From Malikia sp. (GTDB taxonomy: Bacteria; Pseudomonadota; Gammaproteobacteria; Burkholderiales; Burkholderiaceae_C), in assembly GCF_028687635.1 (NCBI RefSeq), contig NZ_JAQTZS010000005.1, forward strand, positions 18,663 to 82,662: DNA of 64,000 nt. Direction: 5' to 3'. The notes below the pieces were generated by a model. It was not told where the DNA came from. It searched no databases and saw only the letters and a program-made list of their open reading frames with translations. Made by a program: the position numbers and the translations under genes. Positions 56,207 through 64,000 of this stretch are shown here, piece by piece. The number at the start of each line of letters is the position of its first letter. Position 1 is the stretch's first letter.

Positions 56207-57288
56207 GTTGTGGGGGTCTCCTTCGGGTTTGAATTGATCAGCTTAACCCACCATAGCCGCAAGCGCATGCCCATTTCAGTGGTGCAGCCCACCGTGGGTG
56301 ACACGAAGCATGGATCACCGAATGGGGCAACACCTTGGATATCGGCATAGGTGGCAGCCATATTGGCTGCGCCCCTGCCACACCACCCAGCATGCGGGTC
56401 CGCACCGGGCGGTTCGAGAGTTTGAGGACGGTCGAAGTCCCGAGCCATGACACGCTCGTCCATCAGCTTGACGCAGCGCATCTTGGTCTCGACCAGGCGA
56501 CGTCGGTGATATCCACTCCAGCGCTTCCAGATCGCTCGACCCAGTCGCTGCGTCGCGCGCAAGATTTCGTTGCGCGCGATCGCTCCAGGCCGATTCTCCT
56601 TCCAGGGCTTGCTGGCGTTCTTCCGTACCGGGATGATCCCCTGGGCCTTGCGCAGCGCAATCGCCTCGTGGCAGGCCTTGGTGTCGTAGGCACCGTCGCC
56701 GCTGACCGACAGCAGCGCTTCGTCTGGATCGATCTGCCCGAGCAGACTGGACAGCACCGGTGCATCGCCCACCGAGTTGGGCGTGACCTCGATAGCCCGG
56801 ATCTCCAGCATCTGCGCATCAAGCCCCAGGTGCAGCTTGCGCCACTGGCGCCGGTACTCCGCACCATGCTTCTTCCTCTTCCACTCGCCTTCACCCATCA
56901 TCTTCAGGCCCGTGCTGTCGACCAGCAGGTGTAGCCCTTGTGCAGCTGGCCGATAGGGAATGCGGACCTTGAGCGTCTTTCGGCGCCTGCAGACCGTGCT
57001 GTAGTCAGGCTCCTGCCATGACAGGCCAGCGAGCTTGAGCAGGCTTTCGACCATCCCCATTGCCTGCCTCAAGGCCAGACCGAACAGGCCCTTGATCGTC
57101 AGACAAAACTGGATCGCCGCGTCCGAGAACAATGACGGGCGGCCGCGTTCGCCGTTGGCCAGGCCTGACCACTGCAGGTCTCGATCCAGCCAGATCATGA
57201 GCGCACCGCGCGCCTTCAGGGCCTGGTTGTAGCGCCTCCAGTTGGTCGTCTTGTACTTGGCGGGCTCTGGCCTGACGCGGTCACTCAT
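56203..57288 (-). CDS. IS5-family (IS903-group) DDE transposase; the C-terminal roughly 70 codons are probably out of frame or read-through
   Basis: 361-aa ORF. KYKTTNWRRYNQALKARGALMIWLD, LLVDSTGLKMMGEGEWKRKKHG, SGDGAYDT and YHRRRLVETKM match the IS903-type Tnp as I remember it (307 aa). After ..ARDFDR the frame-0 tail loses the high third-position G+C. Confidence 0.8.
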   Translation of the reverse strand: MSDRVRPEPAKYKTTNWRRYNQALKARGALMIWLDRDLQWSGLANGERGRPSLFSDAAIQFCLTIKGLFGLALRQAMGMVESLLKLAGLSWQEPDYSTVCRRRKTLKVRIPYRPAAQGLHLLVDSTGLKMMGEGEWKRKKHGAEYRRQWRKLHLGLDAQMLEIRAIEVTPNSVGDAPVLSSLLGQIDPDEALLSVSGDGAYDTKACHEAIALRKAQGIIPVRKNASKPWKENRPGAIARNEILRATQRLGRAIWKRWSGYHRRRLVETKMRCVKLMDERVMARDFDRPQTLEPPGADPHAGWCGRGAANMAATYADIQGVAPFGDPCFVSPTVGCTTEMGMRLRLWWVKLINSNPKETPTT

Positions 57289-57351
57289 CGCAGAAGCTTA
57301 CCGCAGCACGCCAGCGACTTCGTTTGGCAATTTGATTTCTGCAACAAAGCC
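56225..57351 (-). mobile_element. IS903-group insertion sequence (left boundary uncertain)
   Basis: The right terminus GGCTTTGTTGCAGAAATCAAA (outer base 57351) matches the IS903-type IR GGCTTTGTTGAATAAATCAG. There are two left candidates: GGGTTTGAATTGATCAGC at 56225 and GGCATAGGTGGCAGCCATATTGGC at 56344. I found no 9-bp target duplication for either boundary. Confidence 0.75.
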
Positions 57352-57560
57352 TTTTGCTGTCGATGAATTTTTCAGTCAATTAAATTAACTTTTTTAATTT
57401 CATTTCAATTTAAATAAAATACAATAAAAACAACAACTTAAAAAAATTTGAAAAGTTTGAGTCGTGGAATGGATCGTGCTTTCTTCTGCTGGTCAAATCG
57501 CTATTGGTAATTAAATGATGAAATTAAATAAGATATGAAAAGTATTTAGCATATTGCGCC
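57352..57560. other. extremely AT-rich non-coding tract
   Basis: About 200 bp made up almost entirely of A/T (..aattaaattaacttttttaatttcatttcaatttaaataaaatacaataaaaacaacaactt..) in a roughly 66% GC genome. It directly abuts the IS right end. Confidence 0.9.
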
Positions 57561-57784
57561 GGAGGCAGTGCGGCAGCTGAGGCTCTGGCAGTCTTGTCCA
57601 ATCTGTCGGGATGCGGTTCGGCTTGGGTCGGGGGCGTGGCATGACGTCCTGCCAGGATTTTGCCGGTCCGACTGTTGAAAAATTTGTCATTGGCTGCTGG
57701 TCTGATTCCGGGTCCGGCAGCGATCTACTTGAATGACATTTAAAAACAATGGCTTGCCGATGAGCTTTCCACTTTCATGATGAT

Positions 57785-57800
57785 TGGCACGAGTTGTGCT
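57785..57800 (+). promoter_or_regulatory. sigma-54 (-24/-12) promoter upstream of the PEP-CTERM protein gene
   Basis: TGGCACgagttGTGCt has the GG and GC at the canonical spacing (consensus TGGCAC-N5-TTGC). It lies about 97 nt upstream of the GTG start at 57896. A sigma-54-dependent PrsR gene is nearby. Confidence 0.7.
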
Positions 57801-57895
57801 TGCTTGCGGGATGCGGCCTGAGATACATCAGTGGTGGCATGTCTGACAAGACAGAGGGGGCTGCATCATTAATCAATTAACGCAAGGAGTTCGAA

Positions 57896-58810
57896 GTGAA
57901 CATCTCATACGCAACATTCAGGAAACCCCTGCTGGGCTCTGCCTTGGCACTGGCGGGTCTGGGTGCGGTTGGGCAGGCGCATGCAACCGCCTATTCATTT
58001 GCCCATGTTGAATTGAAGGACTTCAAGGTGGTATTCGACCCCACCTTGACCACACCAACCTTGAATCGTACCCGTGACACCTATTCGGCAGCAAGTTACA
58101 GCGGGTATCTGCCGGCCTCTGACACCGATCCACAGAGGTTGTTCGTCACCTCTGATGCGTTCCAGTCTTTTTCTGGTCCCGGCACGGCCCCCGCCGAAAA
58201 CACATGGACTCCATTCCTGACAGGCACCAACTATGGGGCGCGAGCAGATGCCTACTCCGTCACCAACCTGTCGCAACTCGCCAGCGTTGCCGAAAGCAAT
58301 GTTGTCAATAAAGCAGCGGCACTGGAGTCGGGGGCTGAATCTGCCAACAACACCGGTCTCATTACCTTCAGTCTCGCTACCGGACAAAAAGCGAAGGTGG
58401 CTTTCAACATGCAAAAATTCTGGGACCTTGCTGCCAACGTCACCCAGCCTGATGATTTTGCCAGTGCCTCGGGTTCTGCTTTCTTCATCTTGAGCAAGAC
58501 AGCGGGCGGCATCACTACCAATTTGTTCAGGTTTGATGCATTAGATGTATCTTGTGCATCGGGTGCTGGCGATTCCACGTCTTGTGTCAATCAATCAGGT
58601 GGTTTCCTGACCGCTGACAGTGGTTGGAGCCCTGAGATCGGCGCTGGTACCTATCGCATCAATTTGAGGTTGGAGGCCACGGGCAGCGAGACAGCACTGC
58701 CAGCGGATGCGCCCGAGCCCGCCACCATCTCCCTGCTGGGCGCTGGCCTGGTCGGCCTGGTGGCAGCACGCCGCCGCAAGGCCAAGGCCGATACCGAAGC
58801 CCAGGCTTGA
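57896..58810 (+). CDS. PEP-CTERM sorting-domain secreted protein
   Basis: 304 aa with a GTG start preceded by AAGGAG. The signal peptide is ..ALAGLGAVGQAHA. The C-terminus reads APEPATISLLGAGLVGLVAARRRKA (PEP motif, TM helix, Arg cluster). G+C is lower than in the core genes. Confidence 0.85.
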   Translation: MNISYATFRKPLLGSALALAGLGAVGQAHATAYSFAHVELKDFKVVFDPTLTTPTLNRTRDTYSAASYSGYLPASDTDPQRLFVTSDAFQSFSGPGTAPAENTWTPFLTGTNYGARADAYSVTNLSQLASVAESNVVNKAAALESGAESANNTGLITFSLATGQKAKVAFNMQKFWDLAANVTQPDDFASASGSAFFILSKTAGGITTNLFRFDALDVSCASGAGDSTSCVNQSGGFLTADSGWSPEIGAGTYRINLRLEATGSETALPADAPEPATISLLGAGLVGLVAARRRKAKADTEAQA

Positions 58811-58856
58811 TCAGCTGTCAGGCAAGCTCGTTGGAGTTGAACCAGCAGTCTCCAGC

Positions 58857-58887
58857 AAAAAGCCCCCGCACCGCACCGGGGGCTTTT
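58857..58887. terminator. bidirectional rho-independent terminator
   Basis: The sequence aaaaAGCCCCCG-caccgcac-CGGGGGCTtttt lies between the convergent genes 57896-58810 (+) and 58900-60351 (-). Confidence 0.8.
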
Positions 58888-58899
58888 AAACAAGGCCGA

Positions 58900-60351
58900 T
58901 CAGCGCAGTATCATGCCAGTAGCCAAGGCGCCTGCGGTCAACAGTCCCAGAATGGGAACTGGCAGCCAGCGCCGATCTTGACCCAGTTGCGCCAGCTTGC
59001 TGTGCCGCCAGACCCAGGCCAGTGCCAGACCGAATGCCAGTCCAGCCGCTCCAGCCAGCGCCATCACCCATTGCGGCAGTCGACTCAATGCCTCCACGGA
59101 CTGCAGCCATATCAGCGCCAGGCAGCCTACCAGACACAGCAGCACCAGTAATTTTCCATGCCACGCTGCGCCAGTATTTTCCAGCTTCGGGGAAGCGGCT
59201 GCCAGCGCCTGTGCCAAGGCCTCTCCTGCTGGCTGGGGCGGCACCAGCTGGTTGAGCAGCGGAATGCGTTGCAGCCAATCCGGTGCATCAGATCGGTGTG
59301 AGTTGCCCGTCCAGTAGCGCCAACTCGTCATCAAAAGTAACACCAGCAGTGTGCTGGCGGCCGCAACGCCAGCTGCAATCGCTATCTTTTGACTGCGGCT
59401 GATAGGTGCCGAGTAGATTGAGCTGCCCAGCAGTTCCGCGTCCAGGCTGGTTTGGCCACCTGATTCAACGCCCTGGTAGACGCCGAAATAATTGACCTTG
59501 GCCGCATTGACGAATGCATTGATGCTGTTCACTCGGGTGGCTTGCAATTGTCTGCGCTGCAGCAGCTGGCCTGCGACGTTGACCGCCTCGTTGCCGGTCA
59601 GAGGCGCAGGTGTTGCCGAGCGCACCAGCATCACCATACCACGCTGCTTGTCATCATCAAATTTGATCACCGCTGTCTTGAAGGGTTTGCTGGTCAAGGC
59701 ATTCTGCAATTCGGCTGGCAGTGTCTCGCTGGTAGTCTGCAACACCCGGCGCTGCGAATTTCCTTTGGCTTCACGTACCAGGCGTTCCATTTTCTCGAAG
59801 CTGGAGCCATCGTTCGAGGCCTGGTCCAGACGGACAAGCAGTTTCTCATCTGGTGTGCTCAGGTTCATCACCTCCAGCGTCAGCAACTGGCGCTCCGCAA
59901 ACAGGCGCGGGTTGGCATTGACAAAATCCAGCGCCTGTTGTGCGGTAATGCGCTGTGCACTGCCCAGGATCTGCTGTTCGACCTTGCCAGCCAGCATGGA
60001 CCTCTTGGCCAAGGCCATTTCCAGCTCGAAATCGGGAGACTGGTCCAGCTTGTTTGTCGCGGCCCTTTGTGCCAGCACCTCGGCGCGCACCAGCTCGGAC
60101 AGGATGGCACGCTTGCGAGCCAGGACGACTTCTGCTGGCAGGTTGGGCGGGGCGGGTTGCCGACTGTACAGGTAGTCCACCTCCTTGCGCAGGATCTTGA
60201 CGCCGTTGACTTCGGCTGCCACCGGGTGGGTGTTGGCATCCGTTTGCGCGAGTGGGGCGTCTTGGGCCAAGGTTGTGAGTGCGAAAATTGTCAAAAACAG
60301 TCCGGCCCAGTATGATTTATTTTTGTATTGCGTTAATGGTAATCGTGACAT
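58900..60351 (-). CDS. EpsD-family-like SurA/PpiC-type periplasmic chaperone fused to a C-terminal 4-TM domain
   Basis: 483 aa. A signal peptide is followed by VAAEVNGVKILRKEVDY... (SurA-N-like) and a degenerate parvulin-like region. About four hydrophobic helices sit at the C-terminus (IAIAAGVAAASTLLVLLLM, LLVLLCLVGCLALIWL, WVMALAGAAGLAFGLALAWVW, LPVPILGLLTAGALATGMIL). The family name is tentative. Confidence 0.6.
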   Translation of the reverse strand: MSRLPLTQYKNKSYWAGLFLTIFALTTLAQDAPLAQTDANTHPVAAEVNGVKILRKEVDYLYSRQPAPPNLPAEVVLARKRAILSELVRAEVLAQRAATNKLDQSPDFELEMALAKRSMLAGKVEQQILGSAQRITAQQALDFVNANPRLFAERQLLTLEVMNLSTPDEKLLVRLDQASNDGSSFEKMERLVREAKGNSQRRVLQTTSETLPAELQNALTSKPFKTAVIKFDDDKQRGMVMLVRSATPAPLTGNEAVNVAGQLLQRRQLQATRVNSINAFVNAAKVNYFGVYQGVESGGQTSLDAELLGSSIYSAPISRSQKIAIAAGVAAASTLLVLLLMTSWRYWTGNSHRSDAPDWLQRIPLLNQLVPPQPAGEALAQALAAASPKLENTGAAWHGKLLVLLCLVGCLALIWLQSVEALSRLPQWVMALAGAAGLAFGLALAWVWRHSKLAQLGQDRRWLPVPILGLLTAGALATGMILR

Positions 60352-60560
60352 ACCAAAAAACCTCCCTTATCTGATTTGAATGAAAAAATCGCTTTGAGTG
60401 GACGGATAGGTTCTTGGTCCGAATTTATCCTGCTCGCACCCGATAACCAGTGTACTGACCCGTGACGGCTAGAATTCAACAATATTTGTCAATTGTCAAA
60501 TTTTTTGGTGAGGCAGAACAATACGATGCTTGGGCTATTCGCTGCTCCTAGGAGCCACGC

Positions 60561-62645
60561 TTGACTGAATCTGTGCTGACGGCGCAGTCGTTGTCGCTGG
60601 CCGGAATGGCGCTGACCGCGCTGGTGCATCTGGCATTAAGCGTCGGGTTGAGCTGGCAGCTGCTGCGCCGCCAAGTTGCCTCTCGGCCAGCCTGGTTTGT
60701 CCTGCTGGCCGCCCTGTTGACGGTGCTTTGGTCGGTGGGGTCGCTGTTGCCATTGCCACAGGAACGCCGCTTGGCTACTGTGTTGCTTGTGCACGTGGTT
60801 GATGTACTGCGTTATGGCGCCTGGTTTGGCTTTTTCTGGGCAGCGTTGGTGCAAGGGCTCGATCAGGCCGTGGCCAGCCGCAGGCCGCGCTGGATGCTGC
60901 CGCTCTCGCTGCTGCTGACCCTGTTTGCGCTGGGCGGGGGTTTTCTGGGCATGCTGCTGCTGCCCCTGCTCGGACTGATCCTGCTGGAGCAGTGGTTCCG
61001 CAACCTGCCCGATGACAGCCGCTGGCAGGCGCGCGCCCTGTGTCTGGGGCTGTTGGGTGTCTTCCTGTTCGACAGCTATCTGTTCTCGCAGGCCGTGCTG
61101 TTCCAGGGTATCGAAGCCCAGGATATTGCAGCCCGTCCCATCGTGCACGGTGTCATGGGCCTGCTGCTGCTGGCCGCTACTTGCCTGCGTGTCGACTGGT
61201 TGCCTCGGGTGCGCGTTTCGCGCCGGCTCGTTTTCCATGGGGCCAGCTTGTTGCTGGCCGGCGCTTACCTGCTGCTGATCTCCGCTGCCGGTTACTACGT
61301 GCGTTACTTCGGAGGAGATTGGGGACAGGTGTTGCAGGTGGCGCTGGTCTTCATCGCCATCATTGTGTTGGCGGCGCTGGCCAGCTCGCGCCGGCTGCGT
61401 GGGCAGCTCAGGGTGGTGCTCGCCAAGCACCTGTTCCACTACCGTTATGACTATCGGGATGAATGGCAGAAATTCACCCGTGCGCTCGCCAGACACCAGC
61501 GACCCGAGGATCTCAATCTGAGCGTTATCCGCAGCCTGGCCGACATGGTCGAAAGCTCGGCCGGCAGCCTTTGGTGGAGTCGGCCGCAGCGCGAAAAGGA
61601 CCCACAAGACGAGCAACCATTTCACCAGATTGCGAGCTGGAACCAGCCTCCGATCACTGCAGTCGAGCCCTTTGCTTCGCCCTGGATGCGCTTCATGCGC
61701 GAGCGCGCCTGGGTAATGAATCTGCAGGAGTTCCGTCAGCATCCGGAACGCTACGCCCACCATTGTCAGCCCGACTGGTTGACGCAATTGCCTCAGGTCT
61801 GGCTCATGGTGCCGCTGTTTGTCGGCTCGGAGATGAAAGGCTTTGTGCTGCTGGATCAGTCACGCATCAAGCTCGACATCAACTGGGAAGTGCACGACCT
61901 GCTCAAGACCGCCGCACGCCAGGCAGCCAGCTTCCTGGCGCAGGCACAGGCGACCGAGGCGCTGCTGGAAGCCCGCAAGTTCGAAGCCTTCAACCGCATG
62001 TCAGCCTTCGTGGTGCACGACCTCAAGAACATCGTCACCCAGCTGTCGCTGATGGCCAAGAATGCGCGCCGCCACGGACATGACCCCGAATTCCAGGCCG
62101 ACATGCTGATGACGGTCGAGAACTCGCTCGAGCGCATGCGCCAGCTGATGGCGCAACTGCGTGAAGGGGCCGCACCCGCGGGCCAGACCGTGGGCGTCGA
62201 CCTCGCCGCGCTGGCGCGCGAACTGTCACGCCAGGCGCAGGCGCGCGGCCGTCGGGTCGAACTGCTGCTGGCAGCTGATCTGCACACGCGTGGCCAGCCC
62301 GAGCGGCTGCAGCGCATCATCGGCCACTTGGTGCACAACGCGCTTGATGCCACCGAGTCCGGTCAGGGCAGGGTCTGGATCGAAACCAGCCGCCACGGTA
62401 GTCAGGCCGTACTGACCGTGGGCGATCAGGGCATGGGCATGAGTCCTGACTTCATCCGCGAGCGCCTGTTCAAGCCTTTCCAGTCGACCAAGGCGGCTGG
62501 CATGGGAATCGGCTTGTACGAATGCCTGCAGTATGTGCAGGAGCTCGGTGGCAAGATCGAAGTCGAGAGCCAGCCCGGCCAGGGAACGCGCATGATTCTG
62601 CTACTTCCCGCCATGGACGCCATCCACACCTCCGATTTGCAATAG
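60561..62645 (+). CDS. prsK: PEP-CTERM system histidine kinase PrsK-like
   Basis: 694 aa (TTG start in the track; the start is uncertain). A multi-TM N-terminal region of about 280 aa is followed by a GAF-like region, an H-box (FVVHDLKNIV) and HATPase_c (GMGMS, GMGIGLYE, GQGT). It lies directly upstream of prsR. Confidence 0.82.
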   Translation: MTESVLTAQSLSLAGMALTALVHLALSVGLSWQLLRRQVASRPAWFVLLAALLTVLWSVGSLLPLPQERRLATVLLVHVVDVLRYGAWFGFFWAALVQGLDQAVASRRPRWMLPLSLLLTLFALGGGFLGMLLLPLLGLILLEQWFRNLPDDSRWQARALCLGLLGVFLFDSYLFSQAVLFQGIEAQDIAARPIVHGVMGLLLLAATCLRVDWLPRVRVSRRLVFHGASLLLAGAYLLLISAAGYYVRYFGGDWGQVLQVALVFIAIIVLAALASSRRLRGQLRVVLAKHLFHYRYDYRDEWQKFTRALARHQRPEDLNLSVIRSLADMVESSAGSLWWSRPQREKDPQDEQPFHQIASWNQPPITAVEPFASPWMRFMRERAWVMNLQEFRQHPERYAHHCQPDWLTQLPQVWLMVPLFVGSEMKGFVLLDQSRIKLDINWEVHDLLKTAARQAASFLAQAQATEALLEARKFEAFNRMSAFVVHDLKNIVTQLSLMAKNARRHGHDPEFQADMLMTVENSLERMRQLMAQLREGAAPAGQTVGVDLAALARELSRQAQARGRRVELLLAADLHTRGQPERLQRIIGHLVHNALDATESGQGRVWIETSRHGSQAVLTVGDQGMGMSPDFIRERLFKPFQSTKAAGMGIGLYECLQYVQELGGKIEVESQPGQGTRMILLLPAMDAIHTSDLQ

Positions 62646-62689
62646 ACTACTTACTGATAAATAAATCTGATATTCAGGCAGGAGGTAAC

Positions 62690-64000
<1,311 letters not shown>

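Noticed and set aside
56238-56453. 71-aa minus-strand ORF within the IS tail, considered as a separate small gene.
   Set aside because: Its first roughly 23 codons look like the frameshifted continuation of the transposase C-terminus, judged by high third-position G+C and an IS903-like VR..L..AG.P pattern. It is not an independent gene.

Overview
This is a high-GC window (roughly two-thirds G+C by eye). Gene content and order look like a betaproteobacterial chromosome, possibly Burkholderiales or Comamonadaceae; that placement is inference only. All calls rest on reading the ORF translations and the DNA by eye. No database search or alignment program was run, and family names come from remembered motifs.

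Core genes:
- a tyrB/aspC-like 5' fragment, an MCP and uvrB
- a LuxR-type response regulator with a minimal HisKA_3 kinase
- the complete isc operon (iscR-iscS-iscU-iscA-hscB-hscA-fdx), then dnaQ
- the minus-strand block mltG-tmk-holB-pilZ-tatD-ankyrin
- ygfZ, an rlhA-like U32 protein, a hemerythrin, purL and pobR/pobA
- ygiQ, ldcA, a tadA fusion and ydbH-ynbE-ydbL
- an iorA/iorB-type molybdoenzyme operon with xdhC and mocA

Unusual content:
1. An accessory segment at 11.8-17.7 kb. It holds a catalytically dead tyrosine-recombinase homolog translationally coupled to ybaL, three tandem tRNA-Val(CAC) genes, an intact integrase and a coiled-coil gene. Its AT-rich promoters share TTACGYAA boxes.
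2. A cyanophycin locus. Two cphA paralogs, one with a degenerate Mur-ligase domain, are divergent from an ABC/DUF1854/alpha-beta-hydrolase operon. I consider this the best candidate for an under-described system.
3. A lower-GC P-type ATPase pseudogene with an internal deletion.
4. An IS903-group element abutting the iorAB ribosome-binding site, next to a roughly 200-bp extremely AT-rich tract.
5. A PEP-CTERM module: a substrate gene with a sigma-54 promoter, an EpsD-like chaperone fused to a membrane domain, and prsK/prsR.
6. A patch of about 35% GC inside ydbH that is colinearly similar to the promoter/5' region of the dead recombinase gene.

Many long ORFs in the track are antisense shadow ORFs typical of high-GC DNA and were rejected.
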